A DNA stretch of 64,000 bases from Terriglobia bacterium (GTDB taxonomy: Bacteria; Acidobacteriota; Terriglobia; Bryobacterales; Bryobacteraceae): assembly GCA_963797245.1 (NCBI GenBank), contig CAWCPE010000016.1:69912-133911 (forward strand). Direction: 5' to 3'. A model generated the notes under the pieces. That model saw only the letters and a list, made by a program, of their open reading frames with translations, did no database searches and was not told the DNA's origin. The translations under genes were made by a program, and so were the position numbers. Positions 1-9,465 of this stretch are shown piece after piece (position 1 is the first letter of the stretch; every line of letters begins with the position of its first letter).

Positions 1-806
1 TCGATGGCGGTGTGCGTGTGTCCGCAGCAGGAGTGCATCTTGTAGCAATTTTCTCGAATCTTCCACGCGCGTCCCAGGTTCTCAGTGATTTTCGATGCAT
101 CGGGCGCGGTGCTGGTGGCGGCGAAGAAGCCGCGCTCGCCTTCGAGAATGCGCGTCGCCCCGGTGAAGCCGAGCCGCGCCAGGTCGGCGGAGAGGATGCC
201 GTTGAATGCGGCCTTCCCTGGATGAAGATGTTTGCTCATGGCGCCGTCGGCGTTGAACTCCCACAGCCCGGCGGCCTGCGTGCCAGCCGATCCGAGGGCG
301 TCAAGCATCTGTGCGGCGTTCAGTTTAAGAAGCGAGCCGGCGGCGGCGGCGGCGCCGAAGGTCGCGACGGTTCCGGTCGGGTGCCAGAAACGATAGTGGC
401 TGGGATTGACCGCTTCGCCGATGCGCAACGCGGCTTCGTAGCCGACCGCGACGGCCAGCAGGAAATCGCGGCCGGTCGCGTGTTCGCGTTCGGCGATGGC
501 GAGCGAGGCGGGAATGATCGGCGCGGCGGCGTGCAGCGTGGAGCCTTTGTGCACGTCATCGAATTCGAGAATGTGCGACGCCACACCATTCTGAAGCGCC
601 GCAACGGCCGCGGAGGCGCGCGTGGCGCTGAACACCGTCGCTTCATTCGATGCGCCCAGACAGATTCGCTGGATCATGCGCGCGGGCGGTTCGAGCGATC
701 CGGCCAGCGCGGAGCCGAGCCAGTCGTGGACCGCGCGGCGCGTGTCCTCGACTGGTATGTCTTCAAATCGCGCGGACGCCAGGAATTCGGCGAGTTCACG
801 AGTCAC
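1..806 (-). CDS. MmgE/PrpD family protein (2-methylcitrate dehydratase-like), N-terminal part; gene continues past window start
   Basis: Absent from ORF track because it is open to the window edge. Manual reverse translation from GTG at 806 gives VTRELAEFLASARFEDIPVEDTRRAVHDWLGSALAG...ILEFDDVHKGSTLHAAAP...HYRFWHPTGTVATFGAAAAAG with no stops. These blocks resemble the PrpD family. GTGA overlap with the stop of the upstream peptidase gene. Confidence 0.7.
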   Translation of the reverse strand, partial: MTRELAEFLASARFEDIPVEDTRRAVHDWLGSALAGSLEPPARMIQRICLGASNEATVFSATRASAAVAALQNGVASHILEFDDVHKGSTLHAAAPIIPASLAIAEREHATGRDFLLAVAVGYEAALRIGEAVNPSHYRFWHPTGTVATFGAAAAAGSLLKLNAAQMLDALGSAGTQAAGLWEFNADGAMSKHLHPGKAAFNGILSADLARLGFTGATRILEGERGFFAATSTAPDASKITENLGRAWKIRENCYKMHSCCGHTHTAI

Positions 807-3787
807 TGGCGTTGGCTGGCGCGGCGGCGTCCTTGCGGACGCTCCTCGGATTTTCCGGCGTCGAGGTGATTCCAGTTGAGAATCGTGTTGAAGCCAAGGA
901 AATACGTCCCCTGCGTCTGCCAGCGCCAGAAGGGACGCAGCGCGAACAGCACTACGTGGCCCTTGCCGAGCGGAACGTCGATGGCCGCGGCGCGGCCGGA
1001 AAGCGCCTGGCCGCCGGCGAGCGTGCCGCTTAACAGCATATCGTTGGGATTTTGCGGGAACGTCATGACGACGCGCGGCTGGACGTCTTCAACGATGCCG
1101 TACTGGCGCATCTGCTGGCGAATCGCGGCCTGTTGATCGGCTTCGGAGGTCGAAGGCGCGGGCGTGGGCGGAGTGTCGTCGTCGTAGGGCGAAATGTGAA
1201 TCGGCGTGACGTTGGGCGTAATGTTCTGCGCCAGCGCGTCGGCGCCGGTAGGCCCGCCGCCGCGTCCACCGCCTCCGAATCCGCCGCGTCCACCACGTCC
1301 GCCGCCGGCCGATGCGCTGAACACCGGGTCCTGATTGAAGTACACGGGGATATCTTTTTGCTCGTACCCGTAGGTGATGGGGCTCTTATGATCCGTGATC
1401 ATGGCGCGCAAGATCGACCCGCGCGCGAAGAGCTGAGAAGGATGCTCCACCGTGACGCCGTTGGCGAGACCATAATCGGCGACGAACTGCGACGTGCCGC
1501 CTTCCGTGATCAGCGTGCCGCCTTCCTCAACAAACTTGGCGAGCTCGGCCAGACCTTCGACGCCCATGCCTCCGCGAATATCGTCGCTCTGATCGAGCGT
1601 GCCCAGGTTGGGCGTCAGTTCGGTTTTCTTGTAGGGCACCGGATCGGGCCCGACTTTCGGAATGCCGGTGAGGTACGACGCCGACGATCCGCCCACGTGC
1701 GGGAAAATGATCACGTCGTATTTGGAGCGCAGGTTGCCGTCGCGCAGGCGCTGATCCGCGAAGTAGGTGTATTTGACGCCGTAATAATCGAGCGCGGCGC
1801 GCACCCAGCCTTCATCCTGCGTGCGCTGCCACGCGTGCACGTAGCCGATGCGCGGGAGATCCATCTCATGCGACTTCACCGTCGGCGCTGAGGAGACCGC
1901 GACGGCGGAGATGCCGTACTCATCGATCGACGGCTGCAACTGCGCGCGGCTGGCGTTGGGAATAATGAACGCACCCGCGTGGAACTGGTGGCCGCCGGCG
2001 CTGAAATCTTCTTCGGCGGTGAGCATTTTCACGTTCGTGTTCTTGTAGCGAAAACCCATCAGCGCGTTGTCGGTGGTGTTTTCGATAATCAGCGTGTCGC
2101 CGCTGCCTTCGATGCCGCCGGCCGCTTTCACGTCGGCGGTCAGCATCTTCATGGGATGATCCAGCACGGCTTTATCGGTGACCGGGTGCAGCTTCACGTT
2201 ACGCATGTACTGCATGGTCCAGCCGGTGTCGTCATACGGGCGCGGATTCTGCGGCGGATAATTCTGGATGCTGAAATACATGTCGGCGAGCGTGCGATAC
2301 GGCTGATCGGCGCGCACGATGTAATCGCCCGCGGCGATATCCACCGCGCCGGCTTTGAACGCCGAGCTCGCCGTATCGATTTCGAGGCCCTGGTGCATCA
2401 GCGAATTCACCATGTCGACCGCGTCGATCCTGCGGCGCTGCGCGGCGGGGATGACCCACGCGAAAGTCGGACCATTCCTGCCTTTGTCGACCGAGCGCTT
2501 GTTCTTGAGCCAGTAATTTTCGAGATACAGCTCTTTATCGACCGAAACTTTATGCAGCGCGATGAGCAGCGCGGATTCCTGGATGTTGGTATTGTTGCGC
2601 GGTCCCCATTTAATGCTGGGCAGAGGAGGATTGGGTCGATACCATTCGCGACTGGTGGCGGTGGGCTGCAGGCGCAGGTTATTGTTCACGTCCGGGCCGT
2701 AGCTTTGGACTTCGTAGAAGCGGCCGAAGGAATTGTGCGTCAGCGCGATCCAGAACAGATAATTGGGCACCCAGCCGTCGTAATAGCCCCAGGTGAACAC
2801 GCCGGGGACGCCGCGCTTGGCCATCTCCATCAGCTCGGTTTCGCCCAGCAGCCACCATTCGTCGATGGCGATCGGATCGAGCGAAGGATTATACGGCCCA
2901 GTGCCGGTCGAAACATATAAATAGGACTGGGCTTCGTGCAGATCATGCAGAACGGTCGGGTGCCATTCGAGCACTTCCTTGGTGATGTTCTGGGTGAGCT
3001 TCAGAGCCTGGCCCATGCCGTCGCGATTGTTGTCGTGCGCGACGTATTTGCCCCAGTACATCAGCGGCGGGCGCTGTTTGCCGGTCTTCTTACCGTAGTA
3101 ATACGTGTCGACCTCGCGCTCGCGCCCGTCCACTTCGATGACCGGCGTGATCAAGAGGATGGTGTTGTTGCGGATGGTCTGGATGAAGGGCGTTTCCTCG
3201 ATGATCATGCGATAGGCGAGTTCGATCAGCATTTCCGGTCCGCCGGTTTCGGGCGAATGGATGCCGCTGTTGACCCAGTAAATCGGCTTGCCGGTGTGAA
3301 TCAGCTCGCGGGCCTGCGCGTCGGTGGTTTTGCGCGGATCGCCCAGCGCGGCGACGTCGGCTTTGTATTTATCGAGGTTCTTGATGGTCTGTTCGTCGGC
3401 AATGATCAGCATGAACTGGTCGCGGCCTTCTTCGGACTGCCCGATCTTCATGAACTTCGCACGCGGCGAGGCTTGCGCGAGGGCTTCGTAGTAGCGCTCG
3501 ATGTCCTTGGTGTACGTTAACTCGCCCGGTGTGCCGGGGATGCGCCCGAAGAATTTGAGCGGCGAAGGCACGGTATCGGACGCGGGCATGTGGTCGACCA
3601 GTTCGGTGGTGATGCGCGGGTCGTTCAAGTATTGATGGATGAGTTTGGTGTACTCCTCGTCCAATTTTTGGGGCGCGGGCGTGGACGAGGCAGGCGGGGC
3701 GATTTTCGTATTCTTCTTTTTTTGCGCAAAACCGGGCGCGAGAGTGAACAGGAGCAGAGCGGTCCAAGTGGTAAAGCGGGAAGCCAT
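803..3787 (-). CDS. Secreted M14-family zinc carboxypeptidase-like protein
   Basis: 994-aa ORF with signal-peptide-like N-terminus (MASRFTTWTALLLFTLAPGFAQ). HxxE zinc-binding block WVNSGIHSPETGGPE is typical of peptidase M14. Gly/Arg-rich tract near the C-terminal third. Confidence 0.75.
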   Translation of the reverse strand: MASRFTTWTALLLFTLAPGFAQKKKNTKIAPPASSTPAPQKLDEEYTKLIHQYLNDPRITTELVDHMPASDTVPSPLKFFGRIPGTPGELTYTKDIERYYEALAQASPRAKFMKIGQSEEGRDQFMLIIADEQTIKNLDKYKADVAALGDPRKTTDAQARELIHTGKPIYWVNSGIHSPETGGPEMLIELAYRMIIEETPFIQTIRNNTILLITPVIEVDGREREVDTYYYGKKTGKQRPPLMYWGKYVAHDNNRDGMGQALKLTQNITKEVLEWHPTVLHDLHEAQSYLYVSTGTGPYNPSLDPIAIDEWWLLGETELMEMAKRGVPGVFTWGYYDGWVPNYLFWIALTHNSFGRFYEVQSYGPDVNNNLRLQPTATSREWYRPNPPLPSIKWGPRNNTNIQESALLIALHKVSVDKELYLENYWLKNKRSVDKGRNGPTFAWVIPAAQRRRIDAVDMVNSLMHQGLEIDTASSAFKAGAVDIAAGDYIVRADQPYRTLADMYFSIQNYPPQNPRPYDDTGWTMQYMRNVKLHPVTDKAVLDHPMKMLTADVKAAGGIEGSGDTLIIENTTDNALMGFRYKNTNVKMLTAEEDFSAGGHQFHAGAFIIPNASRAQLQPSIDEYGISAVAVSSAPTVKSHEMDLPRIGYVHAWQRTQDEGWVRAALDYYGVKYTYFADQRLRDGNLRSKYDVIIFPHVGGSSASYLTGIPKVGPDPVPYKKTELTPNLGTLDQSDDIRGGMGVEGLAELAKFVEEGGTLITEGGTSQFVADYGLANGVTVEHPSQLFARGSILRAMITDHKSPITYGYEQKDIPVYFNQDPVFSASAGGGRGGRGGFGGGGRGGGPTGADALAQNITPNVTPIHISPYDDDTPPTPAPSTSEADQQAAIRQQMRQYGIVEDVQPRVVMTFPQNPNDMLLSGTLAGGQALSGRAAAIDVPLGKGHVVLFALRPFWRWQTQGTYFLGFNTILNWNHLDAGKSEERPQGRRRASQRQ

Positions 3788-3817
3788 AAAGGGTATGCTA
3801 CCACCTCTATTCGCAGC

Positions 3818-4696
3818 CTACGGTGAGGGCTTGGCGCGTTCCCGTTCGTCGACGACCTTCAGAAAATTCACGGCCTCTTCGTAACCCGGGCGGAGTTGCA
3901 GAGCCTTTGTGAAGTCGGCGCGGGCGCGTACCAGGTCGGGGTTGTGCAGCAGATGATAGATACCAACAAAGAGATGGGCGCGGGCGTCTTGTGGGCGCAT
4001 TTCTACAATGCGTTCGGCGATCGCCGTGGCTTCGTCTAACATTTCCAGTTGATGGTATTCGGCGGCCAGGAAATCCAGGCGAGTGTCATCAGAGGGGTCG
4101 GCCGCGATTTCTTCTTTCAGGATTTCGATGTACCAGCGATTCTTCAGACGCCGGGCGTCCGGGTCAGATGAAAAATTGTGATCGATGCGGATGTCCGTCT
4201 TGAGCAGCCGTCCGCCTGCGGATTGAATCGACTGATCGATGGTTTCATGGACGCGGCCCCGGTAACGATAGTCCGGGCGGTTCGGAAACAGGCGCACGAC
4301 GTAATCGACGGTCGGCTTTTGGGAATCCGTGCCGTGATTGTGGCGCTCCAGAAAATAGCCGGCGTTTTCATTCCGGGCGATGAGTTTTTGGACGGCGGGC
4401 GCGCTCGCGCGGTCCAGCGTCTCATCCGCATCGAGCACCAGAATCCAACGGCAGCGGGCGGCGGCGAGGGCGCGATTGCGGGCGGCGGCGAAATCGACCA
4501 CCGTGAAATCGAACGGAATCACCTGCGCGCCGTAGCCGGCGGCGATGCGGGGAGTCTCGTCGGTGGAACCGGTGTCGACCACGATCAGCTCGCCGGCCAG
4601 ATCCCGCACGGATTCGAGCGAGCGCGGAAGGTTGCGCTCTTCGTTCCGCACGATCATGCAGAGACTCACTGGCCCACCAGGCATTGCTCCGATCAT
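3818..4696 (-). CDS. Family 2 glycosyltransferase with C-terminal TPR-like region
   Basis: N-terminal GT2 blocks (SLCMIVRNEERNL, VVDTGSTDET, LDADE). C-terminal helical repeat region with TPR-like character. Confidence 0.75.
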   Translation of the reverse strand: MIGAMPGGPVSLCMIVRNEERNLPRSLESVRDLAGELIVVDTGSTDETPRIAAGYGAQVIPFDFTVVDFAAARNRALAAARCRWILVLDADETLDRASAPAVQKLIARNENAGYFLERHNHGTDSQKPTVDYVVRLFPNRPDYRYRGRVHETIDQSIQSAGGRLLKTDIRIDHNFSSDPDARRLKNRWYIEILKEEIAADPSDDTRLDFLAAEYHQLEMLDEATAIAERIVEMRPQDARAHLFVGIYHLLHNPDLVRARADFTKALQLRPGYEEAVNFLKVVDERERAKPSP

Positions 4697-4721
4697 AGAT
4701 TGTCCGTCGATTCGATTTTGC

Positions 4722-4750
4722 TTGACAATGTATTAGAAGACTAATACACT
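4722..4750 (+). promoter_or_regulatory. Sigma70-like promoter with embedded palindromic operator upstream of the GntR gene
   Basis: TTGACA (4722-4727), 17-nt spacer, TACACT (4745-4750). Perfect 7-bp inverted repeat GTATTAG-aaga-CTAATAC at 4730-4747 lies in the spacer and -10 region. The ATG at 4761 is only ~10 nt after the -10 box. Confidence 0.45.
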
Positions 4751-4760
4751 AGCCGTATAG

Positions 4761-5168
4761 ATGACCAGGGCACCCCAATTCGGTTTCCGACTCGATGAAC
4801 ATAGCGGGGTTCCGGTCTACCGGCAGTTGATCGACCAGATTCAGGGTGGAATCGCGTCCGGGATGCTGGCGGCCGGGGCGCAGCTTCCGACCGTGCGGCA
4901 GGTGGCGGTGGATCTGGCCATCAATCCGAATACGGTGCTGCGGGCTTATCGCGAGCTTGAAATTCGCGGCGTGATCGACACGCAGCAGGGGACGGGTACC
5001 TTCATCTCCGACCGGAAGCCGAAACGCGACGATGGCGAACGCGACCGGAAGCTGGATCAACTGGCCGGCGAGGTCGCAGCGCGCGCGGGGGCGTCGGGAT
5101 TCACGATTCAGGAAGTGGTCGAGGCTCTGCGCGAGAGAATCGCAGAACCGGAAAAGAGGAAACGATGA
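4761..5168 (+). CDS. GntR-family (YtrA-like, short) transcriptional regulator
   Basis: Winged-HTH block PVYRQLIDQIQGGIASGMLAAGAQLPTVRQVAVDLAINPNTVLRAYRELEIRGVIDTQQGTGTFI. ATGA overlap with the next gene. Confidence 0.85.
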   Translation: MTRAPQFGFRLDEHSGVPVYRQLIDQIQGGIASGMLAAGAQLPTVRQVAVDLAINPNTVLRAYRELEIRGVIDTQQGTGTFISDRKPKRDDGERDRKLDQLAGEVAARAGASGFTIQEVVEALRERIAEPEKRKR

Positions 5169-6061
5169 CACCGATGATGTCGAGAGCTTCTCAGAGAGCG
5201 GCGATGCAGGTGCGGATCAGCGGGCCGGGCGCGGCGGTGTTGGTGCTCTCGGTCTTGATGGGCGCGATTCTAACCGCGGCGACCACTCAGCCGTGGGGCG
5301 TCCTGGGCGGAATCGTCGTCGGGATTTACTTCTTTTTCGCGATCAAGGTGGTGAAGCAGTGGGAAAAAGTCGCGGTGCTGCGGTTGGGGCGATACCTGGG
5401 GTTGCGCGGGCCGGGCGTAGCGCTCATCGTGCCCATTATCGATACGCTGAGTTCATATGTTGACCAGCGCGTGCGCGTGACCAGTGTGAGCGCGGAATCG
5501 ACGCTCACGCGCGACACGGTCCCGGTGAACGTGGACGCGATCGTGTTCTGGGTGGTGTGGAACGCCGAAAAATCGATTCTCGAAGTGGAAAGTTTTATCG
5601 ACGCGATTACGCTCAGCGCGCAGACGGCGCTGCGCGAATCGATCGGGCGGCATGAACTGGCGCAGATGATCACGGAGCGCGAAACGATGGGGCACGAACT
5701 GCAGCGCATCCTCGACCAGAAAACCAATCCTTGGGGGATCACGGTGCAATCGGTGGAAATCCGCGACGTGCAGATTCCAGGCCCGCTTGAAGACGCGATG
5801 TCGCGCGAAGCCCAAGCCGAGCGCGAACGGCGGGCGCGCATCATCCTGGGCGAGGCGGAAACGCAGATTTCGGGCAAGTTCGCCGAGGCGGCGCGCGTCT
5901 ACCAGGACAACCCCATCGCGCTGCATCTGCGCGCCATGAACATGCTGTACGAAGCGATCAAGGAAAAGGGCGCCATGGTGATCGTACCCTCGTCGGCGGT
6001 GGAAACCATGGGACTGGGAGGCACACTCGCCACCACGGCGCTGGCGAAGAACCCAGTGTGA
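5165..6061 (+). CDS. SPFH/Band-7 (stomatin/slipin-like) membrane protein
   Basis: N-terminal TM segments followed by a Band-7 core (VDQRVRVTSV...TRDTVPVNVDAIVFWVV...LRESIGRHELAQMITERE...GITVQSVEIRDVQIP...AERERRARI). Confidence 0.85.
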   Translation: MTPMMSRASQRAAMQVRISGPGAAVLVLSVLMGAILTAATTQPWGVLGGIVVGIYFFFAIKVVKQWEKVAVLRLGRYLGLRGPGVALIVPIIDTLSSYVDQRVRVTSVSAESTLTRDTVPVNVDAIVFWVVWNAEKSILEVESFIDAITLSAQTALRESIGRHELAQMITERETMGHELQRILDQKTNPWGITVQSVEIRDVQIPGPLEDAMSREAQAERERRARIILGEAETQISGKFAEAARVYQDNPIALHLRAMNMLYEAIKEKGAMVIVPSSAVETMGLGGTLATTALAKNPV

Positions 6062-6080
6062 GCGGCGGTATGCTAACGGG

Positions 6081-7223
6081 ATGCGGCGCCGTACGTTTCT
6101 CGAAGCGATTCCTTTGATGGCGAGTTCCATCGGCCAGGCGGCTACGCGCGATCGCGTCGTGATTGCTGGCGCGGGGATCATGGGCGCGTCCATCGGCTAT
6201 CATCTGGCGAAACGCGGCGCGCGGGTTACGATTCTTGAAAAAGAACGGCCCGGCGCGGGCGCGACTCAGAATTCGTTCGCCTGGATCAACGCGACGTTTT
6301 CAAAGCAGCCGCGGGCGTATTTCGATCTCAACATGGCCGGGATCGCGGGATGGCGGCGGTTGTCGCTCGAATTCGGGAATGAGTTGCAGATTCAGTGGGG
6401 CGGAAGCGTCGAATGGGTCGCGGCCGGCGCGGATTCTGAAAGACTTCGTTCCAACGTCAAGCGGCAGGAAGATTGGGGCTACGCCACCGAAATCATCGAC
6501 GCCGGCCGGATCGCCACGCTGCTTCCGCCGGTTTCTACGGGTCCAGTGGCTGCGGCGTGTTTCAGCGAAATCGAAGGAACGCTCGATCCGATGCACGCGC
6601 TGGGCGTGCTGCTGTCGAAGGCTCGCGCGGCGGGAGCCGACGTCCAGCATCCATGTGAAGTCACCGGTATTTCGATGTTCAATGGTCGCGTGAAAGCGGT
6701 CCAAACGTCGCGCGGGCCGATGGAAGCGGATTATTTTGTGATCGCCGCCGGAACCGGGACCACGGCGCTGGCCCGCATGGCGGAGGTCAACGTGCCGTTG
6801 AAGGAATCGCCGGGGGCGCTCGCGCACACGCGTCCCATGAAGCGGCTGCTCAATCACGTCGCGCTCGCTCCGGGTGCGACCATCAAGCAGAATCCGGATG
6901 GCCGCATTGTCACGGGGACCGACTTCGGAGGGTCGCCGATTACGGAAGCCTCGCGCGAGTACGGAATGAAGCTGCTGCGCAATGCATCGCGATTTTTGCC
7001 GGCGCTCGATTCGGCGGAACTCGAAGTCACCACGCTGGGACATCGCGTGCTGCCTCGCGACGAATATCCGGTGGTCGGGTTCGCGCGTTCGAATCTGTAC
7101 GTCGCGGCCATGCACAGCGGCATCACGCTTTCCCCGCTGATCGGGCAGGTGGCCGCGATGGAGATTCTGGACGGCGCGGATGTCGATTTGTTGAAGACGT
7201 TTCGTCCGTCGCGTTTTGCTTAA
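6081..7223 (+). CDS. FAD-dependent oxidoreductase (DAO family) with Tat-like signal
   Basis: MRRRTFLEAIPLMASS twin-arginine-like N-terminus. Dinucleotide fold VVIAGAGIMGASIGYHLAKRGARVTILEK. DAO-family length and C-terminal blocks. Confidence 0.75.
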   Translation: MRRRTFLEAIPLMASSIGQAATRDRVVIAGAGIMGASIGYHLAKRGARVTILEKERPGAGATQNSFAWINATFSKQPRAYFDLNMAGIAGWRRLSLEFGNELQIQWGGSVEWVAAGADSERLRSNVKRQEDWGYATEIIDAGRIATLLPPVSTGPVAAACFSEIEGTLDPMHALGVLLSKARAAGADVQHPCEVTGISMFNGRVKAVQTSRGPMEADYFVIAAGTGTTALARMAEVNVPLKESPGALAHTRPMKRLLNHVALAPGATIKQNPDGRIVTGTDFGGSPITEASREYGMKLLRNASRFLPALDSAELEVTTLGHRVLPRDEYPVVGFARSNLYVAAMHSGITLSPLIGQVAAMEILDGADVDLLKTFRPSRFA

Positions 7224-7229
7224 CTTCAA

Positions 7230-8081
7230 GTGTTATGCTCGGGTCAGGATCGCCACATGCGCGTGCGGCAGGCTTTTGGACGAGGTGCAATCGGGCTCGC
7301 CTTCGCGTGCGCGGCGCTGGCGTTTCAACGGCCGTTCCACCAATTCCCGGGAGTCGAATATCCGTCGTTCGAAGTGCCTGAGGACTGGAACCACAACGCT
7401 GAATTCGCTTTCGCGCGCCTCATGTATCCGCCGGGGCCGCTGGACGGCTACTATCCGCGCTATCAAGGCGACTGGCGGCGCGGGCTGTCGCTGTGGACGC
7501 AGGATTATCCGCGCGCCGATCGCCACTTTTCGCGGGCGCTGCAGCGTCTGACTCGCCTAAGCGTTCGCAGCGTGGAGCAGCCGGTGATGCTCGAAGACGG
7601 CGATGAAGCGTTCAACTGGCCGTGGCTTTACGCGGTGCAGGTGGGCGAGTGGGGATTGAATGAAGACGAAGCCCGCATCCTGCGCGAATACCTGCTGCGC
7701 GGCGGATTTTTCATGGCCGACGATTTCCACGGCGTCGACGAGTGGAACGAATTCGAGAAGCGCATCAAGTTCGTCTTTCCCGACCGGCCGATTGTGGAGA
7801 TCGACGACAAAGACCCGATTTTTCACACCGTGTACGATCTGGACGACAAGATCCAAGTGCCCGGCCAGGCGCACCTGCGGCTGGGCTACAAGAACAACGG
7901 CATCGGCGCGCACTGGCGCGGAATTTACGATGACAAGGGCCGCGTGATGGTCGCGATTTCCTACAACTCGGATTTGGGCGACGCGTGGGAGTACGCGGAC
8001 GATCCGTATTACCCGGAGAAATTTTCGGGGCTGGCGATCCGGATTGGCGTCAATTATGTCATCTACGCGATGACGCATTAG
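7230..8081 (+). CDS. DUF4159-like domain protein
   Basis: 283-aa ORF. The pattern FARLMYP...W..DYPRADRHF...FFMADDFHG recalled from DUF4159 proteins. Family assignment is from memory only. Confidence 0.45.
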   Translation: MLCSGQDRHMRVRQAFGRGAIGLAFACAALAFQRPFHQFPGVEYPSFEVPEDWNHNAEFAFARLMYPPGPLDGYYPRYQGDWRRGLSLWTQDYPRADRHFSRALQRLTRLSVRSVEQPVMLEDGDEAFNWPWLYAVQVGEWGLNEDEARILREYLLRGGFFMADDFHGVDEWNEFEKRIKFVFPDRPIVEIDDKDPIFHTVYDLDDKIQVPGQAHLRLGYKNNGIGAHWRGIYDDKGRVMVAISYNSDLGDAWEYADDPYYPEKFSGLAIRIGVNYVIYAMTH

Positions 8082-8085
8082 CGTT

Positions 8086-8154
8086 CACAGCCGCGGATCC
8101 ACGCGGATAAATGATGGTCTCATCGGCGTGAATCCGCGTGAATCCGCGGCTCTG
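8086..8154. repeat. Palindromic intergenic repeat, family E copy 1
   Basis: Arms CACAGCCGCGGATCCACGCGGATAA and CGTGAATCCGCGTGAATCCGCGGCTCTG form an imperfect inverted repeat. Same CGCGGATTCACGCGGATAA-type motif as at 47841-47912. Confidence 0.7.
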
Positions 8155-8170
8155 ATATCCTGACTGCAGA

Positions 8171-9463
8171 TTGCGCATCCTTCAACTCACCGCCGGCGCC
8201 GCGGGGATGTATTGCGGGACCTGTCTGCGCGACAACGCGCTCGCCACGGAGTTGATCCGCCAGGGCCACGACGTGACTTTGGTTCCGTTGTACACGCCCA
8301 CGCTGACTGACGAGCGCAACGTCAGCGGAGACCGGATTTTTTTCGGCGGCATCAGCGTGTACCTGGAGCAGAACTTCGCGCTGTTTCGAAAAACTCCGTG
8401 GCTGATCGATAAGTTGTGGGATTCGAAGCTGGCATTGAAGGCGGCGGCGAAGCGCAGCATTCCGGTCGACCCGCATTTTCTGGGCGCCATGACGATTTCG
8501 ATGCTCGAAGTCGAAAACGGGCGGTTGAAAAAAGAGCTCGGCAAGATGCTCGATTGGCTTGAAGCGGAACCGCGGCCGGACGTGATCAATCTGCCGTACA
8601 CGCTGCTGATCGGACTGGCTGGTCCGCTCAAAAAGGCGCTGGGCGCGCCGGTGTGCTGCACTCTGCAGGGCGAGGATCTGTTTCTCGAAGGCTTGCGGGA
8701 GCCCTATCGCGAACGCGCTCTCGATCTGATCCGCCAAAGCATTCCGCACGTCGATTGTTTTTTGGCGGTGAGCGATTATTATGCGGAATTCATGTGCCGG
8801 TATCTCGGAATTCCGGATCACAAAATGGAGATCGCGCGGCTCGGCGTGACTACCGACGGCTATCGCGAAGCCGCTCCTTTGAGAACGGGCGGCCCGCTCG
8901 CGATCGGCTATTTTGCCCGGATCGCGCCGGAAAAAGGGCTGCACGTGTTGGCAGAAGCGTATCGCATCGTGCATGCCGAGGAGCCGGGCTGCACGCTCCA
9001 GGCGGCCGGCTATCTGGCGCCGGAGCACCGCACCTATTTCAACGGAATCGAGCGCCAATTGAAGGAGTGGAATTTGCCATTCCGCTATCACGGCACGCTC
9101 GACCGGGCGCAAAAGATCGCGTTCTTCGAATCGATTGACGTGCTCTCCACGCCAACGGTCTATGCTGATCCGAAGGGGATTTTCGTGCTGGAGGCGATGG
9201 CCGCGGGTGTTCCGTTTGTCCAGCCGCGGCATGGAAGTTTTCCTGAAATCGCGCAGCGAACCGGCGGTGGAATTCTGGTCGAGCCGGAAGATCCGGAGAG
9301 CCTGGCTCGCGGACTGTTGACCATTCTGCGCGATCCGGAATTGCGCGCCTCGCTTGCGCGGCGGGCGCATGCAGGCGTGCGGACACATTACACGGTGGGG
9401 CAGATGGCGCGGCAGACGCTCGACATTTTCGCGCGGCAGCGGGTCGGCGCTGCGGCCGTTTAA
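8171..9463 (+). CDS. Family 4 (GT-B, group 1) glycosyltransferase
   Basis: TTG start, MRILQLT N-terminus. C-terminal GT1 blocks FARIAPEKGLHVLAEA and FVLEAMAAGVPFVQPRHGSFPEI. Confidence 0.8.
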   Translation: MRILQLTAGAAGMYCGTCLRDNALATELIRQGHDVTLVPLYTPTLTDERNVSGDRIFFGGISVYLEQNFALFRKTPWLIDKLWDSKLALKAAAKRSIPVDPHFLGAMTISMLEVENGRLKKELGKMLDWLEAEPRPDVINLPYTLLIGLAGPLKKALGAPVCCTLQGEDLFLEGLREPYRERALDLIRQSIPHVDCFLAVSDYYAEFMCRYLGIPDHKMEIARLGVTTDGYREAAPLRTGGPLAIGYFARIAPEKGLHVLAEAYRIVHAEEPGCTLQAAGYLAPEHRTYFNGIERQLKEWNLPFRYHGTLDRAQKIAFFESIDVLSTPTVYADPKGIFVLEAMAAGVPFVQPRHGSFPEIAQRTGGGILVEPEDPESLARGLLTILRDPELRASLARRAHAGVRTHYTVGQMARQTLDIFARQRVGAAAV

Positions 9464-9465
9464 CC

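Noticed and set aside
12-869. 285-aa plus-strand ORF (and 320-646 minus) at the window start
   Set aside because: R/G/A-rich composition typical of off-frame reading in high-GC DNA. The region is fully explained by the minus-strand PrpD-family gene.
8120-9388. 422-aa minus-strand ORF antisense to the GT4 gene. Similar long antisense ORFs lie at 1052-1891, 1979-2920, 5453-6193, 6300-7229, 21751-22806, 27695-29101, 29198-30307, 32932-34245, 40039-41067, 46092-47270, 47896-48960, 53304-54140, 57845-58723 and 59240-60196
   Set aside because: All are Arg/Ala/Gly/His-rich and lack recognisable motifs. Each overlaps a sense gene with clear family signatures. Long shadow ORFs are expected at this GC content.
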